Shown: one piece after another, positions 28,749 through 37,863 of the stretch | Layout: every line of letters starts with the position of its first letter | Numbering within the stretch: position 1 is the stretch's first letter | NCBI GenBank assembly: GCA_963805855.1 | Contig: CAWDVW010000002.1 | Coordinates: 448,001-512,000 of the forward strand | Direction of reading: 5' to 3' | Length of the DNA: 64,000 nucleotides | Source of the DNA: Candidatus Dadabacteria bacterium | GTDB lineage: Bacteria; Desulfobacterota_D; UBA1144; Nemesobacterales; CSP1-2 | The notes under the pieces: generated by a model | What the model was told of the DNA's origin: nothing | Seen by the model: the letters and a program-made list of their open reading frames with translations, nothing else | The model's database searches: none | Program-made: the position numbers and the translations under genes

Positions 28749-29872
28749 GGATTAAACTTCCGCATCATTCTGATAAATTCATCAAAAAGATAGGACGAAT
28801 CGTGCGGTCCTGGTGATGCTTCGGGATGATACTGGACTGAGATTATTGGATATTTTGTGTGTCTTAGTCCTTCTACTGTTTTATCATTAAGATTGATATG
28901 AGTAATCTCCACATCTGATCCCAACGAGTCTGGGTCAACCGCAAACCCGTGATTCTGTGACGTAATTTCAACCTTCCCGGTCGATAAATTCTTAACCGGT
29001 TGATTTGCTCCCCTGTGACCAAATTTCAATTTAAAGGTTTTCCCACCAAGTGCTAATCCGAGTATCTGATGCCCTAAACAAATTCCAAATATCGGTTTCT
29101 TGCCCACTAGTTTTTCTACATTCTTTATTGCGTAGGAAACGGCAGAGGGGTCTCCCGGCCCATTAGACAATACGATACCATCCGGATCCATTGAGAGAAC
29201 TTCCTCGGAGGAGGTTTGAGAAGGAACTACCTTCACATGACAACCCACGTCAACAAGCCTTCTTAAAATATTCTGTTTTATCCCATAATCGTAGGCTACG
29301 ACTTTGTATCCTTTCAATAATTTCGGCTCCGTATTTAGAGACTGAGCTAAAACATCACTTCCATTTTCCCAGGTATAAGGCTTCCGGCAGCTTACCTCTG
29401 TTACAAGGTCTACATCCAATATGGAAGGAGACGAACGCACTTTCTTCAGTAAGCTATCATGCGAAAAGTCGACTGTAGAAATCACTGCACGCTGGGCTCC
29501 CTGAGAGCGTATTCTCCTCGTGATATCCCTCGTAGCTACATCCTGAATACCGATAATGTTATAATTTTTTAAATAGGATCCCAGATTCTCAGATGACCTC
29601 CAGTTACTGGGTTTACTGCAGTATTCACGAACGACGAAGCCTCTGACAAAGGGTCTTCTTGATTCTACATCCTCAGGATTTACTCCATAGTTTCCAATCT
29701 CGGGATAGGTCATTACAACAATCTGCCCGTTGTAAGAGGGGTCGGTGAGTATTTCCTGATAACCATACATTGAAGTGTTAAATACAATTTCTCCATAGGA
29801 TTCGCCATCGGCCCCGAAACCAAGGCCTTCGAACCTTGTCCCATCTTCTAAAACAAGTATCGCTTTTTTCAC
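28745..29872 (-). CDS. carA: Carbamoyl-phosphate synthase small subunit; probable start GTG 29872
   Basis: GEIVFNT, YQEILTDPSY, SNGPGDP, GICLGHQ, SQNHGF, QYHPE. Confidence 0.97.
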   Translation of the reverse strand: MKKAILVLEDGTRFEGLGFGADGESYGEIVFNTSMYGYQEILTDPSYNGQIVVMTYPEIGNYGVNPEDVESRRPFVRGFVVREYCSKPSNWRSSENLGSYLKNYNIIGIQDVATRDITRRIRSQGAQRAVISTVDFSHDSLLKKVRSSPSILDVDLVTEVSCRKPYTWENGSDVLAQSLNTEPKLLKGYKVVAYDYGIKQNILRRLVDVGCHVKVVPSQTSSEEVLSMDPDGIVLSNGPGDPSAVSYAIKNVEKLVGKKPIFGICLGHQILGLALGGKTFKLKFGHRGANQPVKNLSTGKVEITSQNHGFAVDPDSLGSDVEITHINLNDKTVEGLRHTKYPIISVQYHPEASPGPHDSSYLFDEFIRMMRKFNP

Positions 29873-30037
29873 GGGATCGTTGGGAAAATACACATGAAAA
29901 GGATCACTGTCAAATCTCTGTTTCTTCAATACAATAATAAGAAGTAAATGACGCTAAAACGCGAGTTAATAGAGGATTCATTCTCTCCTTTCAACTAAAC
30001 CTACACGCCCCAGCAATCAACGAGGGAGCGTCATTGC

Positions 30038-30386
30038 TGTAGATGTCAGATAGTTCGTGGACAAAATCCAAAAAGTAATAAATTCCCCGGAAATTTACTT
30101 TTCCGTCATCCTAGAATGTTTCTATCGGGGATCCATTGTTTAATCTTTTATTTTCTTTGTCTTGATACAAAGAAACAAAAATCAAGGGCTTACAAAAAAC
30201 GCTTGCGTATCGAGCAAGTGCGAGATATCTATTTCTATTGTTGATTAGTTCTCTCAGTCACTCTGTTCCCTCGAGATGACGTTAATGATTGTCACTTTTT
30301 TTAACGCTTCCGGAATTGATTTTGGAAATTTTTTGAATGCCCATTTAAGAACTAAAATACTGTCCCCGAATGACTTGACATCTACA
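30038..30386. mobile_element. Non-autonomous MITE with 26-bp imperfect terminal inverted repeats (TGT...ACA, IS481/IS3-like ends)
   Basis: Left TGTAGATGTCAGATAGTTCGTGGACA vs right reverse complement TGTAGATGTCAAGTCATTCGGGGACA (21/26 match); no transposase ORF. Confidence 0.7.
30152..30187. repeat. 36-bp repeat identical (inverted) to 57857-57892
   Basis: TTTCTTTGTCTTGATACAAAGAAACAAAAATCAAGG. Confidence 0.9.
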
Positions 30387-30455
30387 ATGCGAGTGCTGTC
30401 TAAGTGACCACATGTTGTTTTATGGGTTACGGATAAATCATGCCGCAGTAGAGAT

Positions 30456-31886
30456 TTAGTTCTCTGATAGAATTCTCTTTAAGGTTTCATTAACGATTTT
30501 TGGATTCGCTTTACCCTGCGTTGCCTTCATAACCTGACCAACGAAAAAGCCTAGCAGCTTATCCTCACCAGCATTATACCTGGCTACTTGGTCGGGATTT
30601 TTTTCTATAATATCCTTTATCAACTTCTCAATTTCACCCAGATCGGAAATTTGCTTTATCCCCTTCTCGCTTATTATCTCATTTGCTCCCTTTCCATGTA
30701 TGACCATTTCACCAAAAACCTCCTTTGCAATCTTTCCGCTTATCGTTCCATCTTCAATAAGATCCAATAAGTCACAAAGCATCTTCGGCGAGACTTTAAA
30801 AGACTTAATCTCATCCTCAGACTTTAATTCCCTTAGGACCTCGGTCATGATCCAGTTACTTACTAACTTTGGTTTGTCACAATACATCAAGCATTCCTCA
30901 AAATAGTCCGCAACGTCTCTCGATGCAGTTAAAACCCCTGCATCATATTGTGGAATTTCGAAGTGCTCAACATATCTTTCAAACCTCTGATCCGGCAGTT
31001 CTGGAAGGGATTTCTTAATTTGTTCAACCCACTCCCTGTCTACGGTCACAGGAAGAAGGTCAGGGTCAGGAAAATACCTGTAATCATGCGCTTCCTCCTT
31101 CGACCTCATTGAAAAGGTTAAATTACGATTTGAATCAAACAGTCTTGTCTCCTGGAGAACCGGCTTTCCGTTTTCCAAAAGCATTATCTGCCTTTTTATT
31201 TCATACTCGAGTGCCTTATATATAAACTTAAAGGAATTTACATTCTTAATCTCGGTTTTCGTCCCCAACTCTTCAACACCCGTGCGCCGAACGGAAACAT
31301 TTGCATCACATCTCAGGCTCCCCTCCTCCATATTTCCGTCACACACGCCAATATACATCAATATGGACCGAAGCTTTTTCATATATGCTACAGCTTCATC
31401 GAGCGTACTTATATCAGGTTCACTCACAATTTCTATGAGAGGAACACCGGCACGGTTGAGATCCACGTAGCTCATGCTTTCAGAATTCTCGTGAACCAGC
31501 TTTCCAGCATCCTCTTCGAGATGAATTCTCGTTATTCCGATCCTTTTTTTCGAACCGTTGGTTTCGATCTCAAGCCAGCCCCTTTCGGAAAGGGGCTCTT
31601 CGTATTGAGAAATTTGATACCCTTTAGGCAGATCTGGATAGAAATAGTTCTTACGGGCGAATCTAGATTTATCCGACACCTCACAGTTCGCGGCGACTGC
31701 CGCACGAACGGCATATTCGAGAGCCTTCTCGTTTAGAACGGGAAGAACTCCTGGCATCCCGAGGCATATCGGGCACACCTGAGAATTAGGTTTCGCGCCA
31801 AATTTTGTCGAACAAGCACAGAATATCTTAGTCTCCGTTAATAACTGTGCATGAACTTCCAGTCCAATTACAGGTTCGTATTCCAT
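30456..31886 (-). CDS. gatB: Asp/Glu-tRNA amidotransferase subunit B
   Basis: VIGLEVHAQL, RKNYFYPDLPKGYQISQ, HLEEDAGK, LRCDANVS, YRYFPDPDL. Confidence 0.98.
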   Translation of the reverse strand: MEYEPVIGLEVHAQLLTETKIFCACSTKFGAKPNSQVCPICLGMPGVLPVLNEKALEYAVRAAVAANCEVSDKSRFARKNYFYPDLPKGYQISQYEEPLSERGWLEIETNGSKKRIGITRIHLEEDAGKLVHENSESMSYVDLNRAGVPLIEIVSEPDISTLDEAVAYMKKLRSILMYIGVCDGNMEEGSLRCDANVSVRRTGVEELGTKTEIKNVNSFKFIYKALEYEIKRQIMLLENGKPVLQETRLFDSNRNLTFSMRSKEEAHDYRYFPDPDLLPVTVDREWVEQIKKSLPELPDQRFERYVEHFEIPQYDAGVLTASRDVADYFEECLMYCDKPKLVSNWIMTEVLRELKSEDEIKSFKVSPKMLCDLLDLIEDGTISGKIAKEVFGEMVIHGKGANEIISEKGIKQISDLGEIEKLIKDIIEKNPDQVARYNAGEDKLLGFFVGQVMKATQGKANPKIVNETLKRILSEN

Positions 31887-32043
31887 TTTCTATCTCATAG
31901 ATACGTTAATCAATTAATGTGATTTATCAAAAGAAGGTTGTCAAGGAAATAGATATTCTGCCGGGCAATAAGAAGATCCCCATGTCTTGATACTTCCTAC
32001 AAAAACCGATATTCAAAATCGGAGATTATACGGGCAACTTTTC

Positions 32044-32709
32044 TCATTTGGGAATGTGGCCAGTTCTTCGACTCCATAGGAGCAGATCAAGTTCATCAAT
32101 GCTGATCTCAATAGTGTCGGCAAACTGCTTCATTCTATTTTCTGTATCGATGTACTTATTTCTTTTTGTACGAGGCTTCATATCTTCAATTACTCCTAAT
32201 TCATAAAGAGATCTTAAAACGTTTTTATCAAGCAGTGCATAACCAAAAAACCCGACGTTCCTTAAAAAATGGCTCGCCTGCAAGTATCCTATCCCTTTAA
32301 TATCCCTGTTTGATGCGAAAAAGTCCCTCCTATCTATAGGACTTCCAAATGATAAGATCAAATGCTTTAATTCAAAGTTGTATTCACTCTTAAGATACTC
32401 TCTTGTATGCACGATATATACGGCTCTTTCAGGATACTTGTGCTCATCTTTAAGCTTCATATAAAGCTCTTGCTCACCCCCTTGGATTAATGCATCTTTT
32501 ATGGCATTAATAGCTTTGAATCCTATTCGGGGTCCCACTGCTGAGGTCAAGATACAAAATGTGAGCTCTTCAAAAATTCTTCTGTCATCGCCTTTTTCAA
32601 ATACCTCTTTGAACTCATCAAGACGAGATTTGATTATATCTTTCTTCTCTTCATAACTCGCTCTCAGCTCATAAATAAGTTTACTCTGTTCAGATAACCT
32701 AGACAGCAT
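32044..32709 (-). CDS. Ogg2-type N-glycosylase/DNA lyase paralog lacking the catalytic Lys
   Basis: FEELTFCILT, KGIGYLQASHFLRNVG, ALLDKN, LDLLLW, C-terminal Lys. Confidence 0.85.
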   Translation of the reverse strand: MLSRLSEQSKLIYELRASYEEKKDIIKSRLDEFKEVFEKGDDRRIFEELTFCILTSAVGPRIGFKAINAIKDALIQGGEQELYMKLKDEHKYPERAVYIVHTREYLKSEYNFELKHLILSFGSPIDRRDFFASNRDIKGIGYLQASHFLRNVGFFGYALLDKNVLRSLYELGVIEDMKPRTKRNKYIDTENRMKQFADTIEISIDELDLLLWSRRTGHIPK

Positions 32710-32763
32710 TTATCAAACGCAACAATAGTCAAATAATTATTGATTTTTTCTTAGCGACTGAAT

Positions 32764-33414
32764 TTACTTAATTATTTCACCTGTCTTCTCACTCCATAGG
32801 AGCAGATCCAGTTCATCAAAATCTATCTCCAACAATGCCGCCAATTTTTTTAACTTCCTTTCAATCCTCATATAATTAGACCTCGTCGTAGGAGGTCTTG
32901 GGTCGTCTATTAATTCAAGTTCATGAAGTGATCTCAGTATATGCTTATCGAGAATTGCATATCCCCCAAAACCGATATTCCGCAAAAAGTGGCTTGCCTC
33001 TTTATAACCTATTCCTTTTATACCCCTGTAATTTGCGAAAAAATCCCTCCTTTTTACTGGGCCATTCAAATAGAGTATCAAATCCTTTAGTCTAAAATCG
33101 TAATCTTTCCTGAGCCATTCCCTGGTGTGTAATACATAATTAGCCCTGCTATTTGGGAATCTATGGACTCCCTTAAGCCTCCTCGAAAGTTCCTGTGAGC
33201 CCGCAATCATCAGCACCCCTTTGACCGATTCTACCGATTTGACAGCCATCCTTGCACTTGCACCGGCAGCAAATATACAGAACGCAAGCTCCTCGAATAT
33301 TCTTACATCGTCCCCTTTCTCAAATGTATTTCTGAATTCACCGAGACGGTATCTGATGAGCTTTCTCTTTTCTATGTAACTCATCTTCAGTGTCAATAAG
33401 AAGTTATCATTCAT
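32764..33414 (-). CDS. ogg: 8-oxoguanine N-glycosylase/AP lyase (Ogg2 type)
   Basis: RFPNSRA, KGIGYKEASHFLRNIG, AILDKHILR, LDLLLW, C-terminal GEIIK. Confidence 0.9.
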   Translation of the reverse strand: MNDNFLLTLKMSYIEKRKLIRYRLGEFRNTFEKGDDVRIFEELAFCIFAAGASARMAVKSVESVKGVLMIAGSQELSRRLKGVHRFPNSRANYVLHTREWLRKDYDFRLKDLILYLNGPVKRRDFFANYRGIKGIGYKEASHFLRNIGFGGYAILDKHILRSLHELELIDDPRPPTTRSNYMRIERKLKKLAALLEIDFDELDLLLWSEKTGEIIK

Positions 33415-33469
33415 AAAGAAAGTATAATGGGAGGGAATAAATAAGATAAGAGAATAATTACAAAAGAGC

Positions 33470-35689
33470 CTAATCTACATTGATACTCAGCTTTTCGCCT
33501 GCAACAAGCCTACTGGTCTTGAGGTTGTTCCACCTTTTAAGGTCAGATACGGATACATCATATTGGCTTGCAATCTTCCATAGCGTTTCACCCCTTCTAA
33601 CACGATGGGAAATTGCACCGCTTCTACTGCTTGTCGAATTCCTAGCAACAATTTTTCCGTTTGGTATATTTAGGCTTTGGCCCACCATTATTGTGGAGCC
33701 CTTTAAACCGTTTGCTGATTTTATCGAGGCTACACTCACACCATTACGCGCTGCTATTGTCCCAAGTGTATCCCCACTCTTAACTTTGTATTTTAATGGT
33801 TTAGTCCCCGCCGAACTCGAATAACTACCACCAGAACCACCTCGTATAGTAAGTGTCTGACCTACCAATATCTTCGACCCGCTGATATTGTTTGCACTCT
33901 TAATGGATGAGACGCTCACTCCATGACGTCCAGCAACTGAACCTATTGTGTCCCCACGCTTGACCTTGTACTTTATGGTTGCTTTGCTATTGCTGGTCGT
34001 CCCAGCGTTTGAACCATTAGCACCAGGAATTCTAATCGTCTGACCAGCCATTATCGTCGAGCCGTTAATATTGTTTGCAGATTTTATAGCAGATACACTC
34101 ACACCATGGCGCTGGGCAATTTTTCCCAAAGTATCTCCACGACTTACCCTGTACTTACCGGGTGTGCCACTCCTCGCAACATATTTTGGAGCTACTGCAT
34201 CCGGTATGCTAAGAAATTGGCCTACAAATATTGCAGAACCCCTGATGTTATTTGCTCTCTTGATTGTTGATATACTCACCTGGTGTCTGGCAGCAATTGC
34301 CCCCAGGGTATCGCCACTATTGACCCTGTATCTAATTTTAACTCTATCATTACTCGCATAGCCATAATCGCTTCTAGAAGTATAGCCCCTACCCGGTATC
34401 GTAAGCATTTGACCAACCCTTATCGTTGAACCTTTTAATCTGTTCGCCTTTCTTAACGATGCGACACTGACATTGTAACGGTTAGATATCCGACCAAGTG
34501 AGTCACCCCTCTTAACCCTGTATCTTAAAGAATTTCCAGAACCAGAATAACCGACCGACGCAATTGTCCGAAGTGATGCAATTTCTAACTGTCTGGAAGC
34601 TACAACTCTCCCATAACCAGGTGGAACCTTAATCTCGTATAAGCCCCCGGGGGGAGTGACACTGTGCTTCAAATTAGGATTAAGTTCCATAAGAGTATTA
34701 CTGCTGGCACCGATAATCCGTGCGATATCATTAAGATTCTTTTGCGGAGGCACTGAAACCTTTTCGTATCTTAGGGGCTCACTGTAATATATGCCGCTAA
34801 AGCCATACTTTTGGGGATCCTTTGCAATTATCAATGCCGCCATCAGCTTTGGAACATAGTCCCTTGTTTCCTTGGGAAGGGCAAGATCCGATATAGCCCA
34901 ATAATCGTATAGGTTGTATGTATCAATCGCCGCCTGAACCCTCTGTTCTCCACAGTTATAGCCCGCGGCGGCAAGCTCCCAGGACTGGAACATTTCATAT
35001 AGATCGCCAAGATAATTTGCCGCTGCGATAGTGGATTTTTCAGGATCCATTCTCTCATCAACCCACGAATCGACCCTGAGCCCGTATCGCAACGCGGTAG
35101 GCCTTATAAACTGCCATGGCCCCACCGCAGCCGCGTGTGATCTGGCCTTCACATTAAACCCACTTTCAATCATGGCTAGGTAAACTAAGTCAGGCGGTAA
35201 TCCCTTTTTCTGCAAAATCTCAGACATCATGGGTATGTACTTCCCAGACCTTTGAAGCCATTTCTCGAAAAACTTGCGACCCGATGTTTGAAAGTAACCC
35301 ATATAGTATTGGACTCGGGAGTTTAAGACCACAGGAAGCTGCTTCCTTTTGGGATCATACTCAGGATAATTTTCAAAAATCTCATCCCTGAGATAGAAGA
35401 AATAATAATAGGCTCTCCAGGTTTGGGAATTAGCTTCGAGAAGAAAAAAACGCGAATCCTTCTGTTTTGCAAATAAATTCTCGCTCTCCGGTGGAAGAGC
35501 GTATTTCCTCCCTAATGAATCCATTCCAAGAGGAATTTCCTGTTCTTTCCCGTTAGGAACTCCATAGAGAGTAATACCACTTGATAGTGATGATTGATTA
35601 TAGTTAGTACGCGCGCAACCTAACAAACTCAGTATTATGAGGCTTAAGAGACAGGAATACCTTAAATGCATTGGCTCTTTTTTTATCAC
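33470..35689 (-). CDS. mltD: Membrane-bound lytic transglycosylase D with multiple LysM domains
   Basis: LLGC lipobox, LAMIESGF, GPWQF, AGYNCG, ETRDYVPK; six YxVxxGD/ETL-type LysM repeats plus one degenerate. Confidence 0.92.
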   Translation of the reverse strand: MIKKEPMHLRYSCLLSLIILSLLGCARTNYNQSSLSSGITLYGVPNGKEQEIPLGMDSLGRKYALPPESENLFAKQKDSRFFLLEANSQTWRAYYYFFYLRDEIFENYPEYDPKRKQLPVVLNSRVQYYMGYFQTSGRKFFEKWLQRSGKYIPMMSEILQKKGLPPDLVYLAMIESGFNVKARSHAAAVGPWQFIRPTALRYGLRVDSWVDERMDPEKSTIAAANYLGDLYEMFQSWELAAAGYNCGEQRVQAAIDTYNLYDYWAISDLALPKETRDYVPKLMAALIIAKDPQKYGFSGIYYSEPLRYEKVSVPPQKNLNDIARIIGASSNTLMELNPNLKHSVTPPGGLYEIKVPPGYGRVVASRQLEIASLRTIASVGYSGSGNSLRYRVKRGDSLGRISNRYNVSVASLRKANRLKGSTIRVGQMLTIPGRGYTSRSDYGYASNDRVKIRYRVNSGDTLGAIAARHQVSISTIKRANNIRGSAIFVGQFLSIPDAVAPKYVARSGTPGKYRVSRGDTLGKIAQRHGVSVSAIKSANNINGSTIMAGQTIRIPGANGSNAGTTSNSKATIKYKVKRGDTIGSVAGRHGVSVSSIKSANNISGSKILVGQTLTIRGGSGGSYSSSAGTKPLKYKVKSGDTLGTIAARNGVSVASIKSANGLKGSTIMVGQSLNIPNGKIVARNSTSSRSGAISHRVRRGETLWKIASQYDVSVSDLKRWNNLKTSRLVAGEKLSINVD

Positions 35690-35932
35690 ATATTAAATAG
35701 TATGTCAACAATTTTTTTTATTAGTTAGATAAAAAAGCTGAAAAAATCGTTGAACTCTCCGCGGAGATTTAGGAAAATTACCTAAGCAGGTCGTTCAGGT
35801 GTATTATTCCGATATTCCGAACCATACGAAGTTTTGTCTCTTCATTTATCTTGAATCTTACAGTCATCCATGGATAATTTAGGTTCAGCCTTGAGAATGT
35901 GAGCCCGAATAACTCGTGGTTGTGATCCTTTA

Positions 35933-37768
35933 ATGTACAAACTGCTGAGAAATTCTATTTTATTGACCATATTTTTATACCATCTCTCTTTTTTTTCAAA
36001 CAACTCGCTCGCTCAGAATGACTCCCTCAATGATAACTCTGAAGTAACCAGAATTTCAGGAATCAAAATTGAAGGTGATAAAGTCATTTCCGCAAAAAAA
36101 ATTAGAGAAAGTATTGCAACCGAGTTTCCCTCTTTAAAACCATGGGTAAAAAAACCCGAGTTTGATGAAGAAATCCTGAAAGACGACATGCTGCGAATTA
36201 AATCCCTATATGCAAACAACGGATATTATGATGCGACGGCACAATACGAGCTAAAACTGAATAAAAAGGAAAACAACGTAGATATTACGATCATCATTAA
36301 AGAGGGGGAACCTGTCATCCTCACCGTATTAGAATTGATTTATCAAGAGCAAATTGAAGATAAAACCAAAAGACTGATTTTAAAATCGGTACCACTGAAG
36401 GTAAATGGGGTATTTTCAGCAAAGAAATACGAGGCAACGAAGGATGTTATATGGAAATATCTATCTGACGATGGATACCCAAAGGCGCAAATCAAGGGTG
36501 AGGCACTAGTAAACAGAAAGGAAAAATGGGCAAGGGCTAATTATAAGATTAACCCCGGACCACTTTACAGATTTGGATCAATAAGGATCGAAGGTAACGA
36601 AAAAGCAAAAAAATCATTGATAGAGAGGAGGATCTTATATAAAAATGGCGAGATATACTCCGAACAAAAAATAGACGATACACAGAGCAAGATATTTCAA
36701 TTCGGTTTATTTAGATCGGTGCTGATAGATACGAATTTCAATGAAGATAACAAGACCGCTGATACAGTAATCAGAGTGTCTGAAAGAAAGTTTGGAACAG
36801 TGAAAATAGGTGGAGGCTTTGGCACTGAGGATAAATTAAGGGGGCAAATTGTTTGGACTCAGAGAAATTTATTTGGCAGTGGAAGAACTCTTCAAACATC
36901 TGCTAAAGCCTCTTTTATAACTCAAAGGTTCCAAACGGAATTGATTCAACCCTATATAGTTGGCAGAAATTCCGAACTCTCAACAAGTATTAACATAGCT
37001 AGAGACGACGTGCCGAGCTTTAAAGGCACAACACTAGTTAGCACGACTACGATGAGAAAAAGTTTTAAAAGGAAATACAGTACATTTGGGTCTTTTAATA
37101 TACAATATGCAAAGATCGACAGCAGTACAACCAGGACACCCCAAGAACAGAGTAGTGATAACGTCTTTCTAACATTTTTCAACTTCGGATTTGATAGAAT
37201 CACAACTGACAATCCACTAAATCCTACAAGAGGAACTTCAGTCTCTGTAGGTCTAGAATCGTCATTCAAAGCTCTTGCTTCTGACGTAAACTACATAAAG
37301 GGTATAATCGACCTCAGAGGGTATAAGACTATTTCAAATATAGTTTTTGCAAAAAGGCTTAGCCTCGGGGTAATTCAACCATATGGATCTACTGGCACGT
37401 TCGATGTGCCAGTATTCAAAAGGTTTTTTGCAGGTGGCAGCACCACCATGAGGGGGTTTCCTTTCCAAAAGCTTGGGCCCCTTGCCCGAGACGATGACCC
37501 ACTTGGAGGAAATTCGTTGCTGATCGGAAGCGTCGAGGGAAGATATCCAATTTACAAGGGTTTAGGCGGGGTGGTCTTTTTCGACTATGGAAACGTATAT
37601 GCAAGACAATGGAACTTTAAACTAGATGAGTTGAAATACGCACCGGGTGCCGGTCTGAGGTATGACACGATAATTGGGCCGATCAGATTTGACGTTGGTT
37701 ATGCACTCAACCCTGAGCCAGGGATCAGGAGGGTTCAGTTTTGGATCAGCATAGGTCAGGCATTCTAA
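35933..37768 (+). CDS. tamA: Omp85 family outer-membrane protein (TamA-like)
   Basis: Signal peptide, POTRA-like repeats, FFAGGSTTMRGF, GPIRFD, C-terminal SIGQAF; adjacent to tamB. Confidence 0.85.
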   Translation: MYKLLRNSILLTIFLYHLSFFSNNSLAQNDSLNDNSEVTRISGIKIEGDKVISAKKIRESIATEFPSLKPWVKKPEFDEEILKDDMLRIKSLYANNGYYDATAQYELKLNKKENNVDITIIIKEGEPVILTVLELIYQEQIEDKTKRLILKSVPLKVNGVFSAKKYEATKDVIWKYLSDDGYPKAQIKGEALVNRKEKWARANYKINPGPLYRFGSIRIEGNEKAKKSLIERRILYKNGEIYSEQKIDDTQSKIFQFGLFRSVLIDTNFNEDNKTADTVIRVSERKFGTVKIGGGFGTEDKLRGQIVWTQRNLFGSGRTLQTSAKASFITQRFQTELIQPYIVGRNSELSTSINIARDDVPSFKGTTLVSTTTMRKSFKRKYSTFGSFNIQYAKIDSSTTRTPQEQSSDNVFLTFFNFGFDRITTDNPLNPTRGTSVSVGLESSFKALASDVNYIKGIIDLRGYKTISNIVFAKRLSLGVIQPYGSTGTFDVPVFKRFFAGGSTTMRGFPFQKLGPLARDDDPLGGNSLLIGSVEGRYPIYKGLGGVVFFDYGNVYARQWNFKLDELKYAPGAGLRYDTIIGPIRFDVGYALNPEPGIRRVQFWISIGQAF

Positions 37769-37863
37769 ACACAAAACTAAGAAATGAGGATCTTTAAGGA
37801 AAGTCTTTAATCAAAAGGCTATTCAACGATTGATTTCATGTTAAACTTCAAATCAGATTTAAG

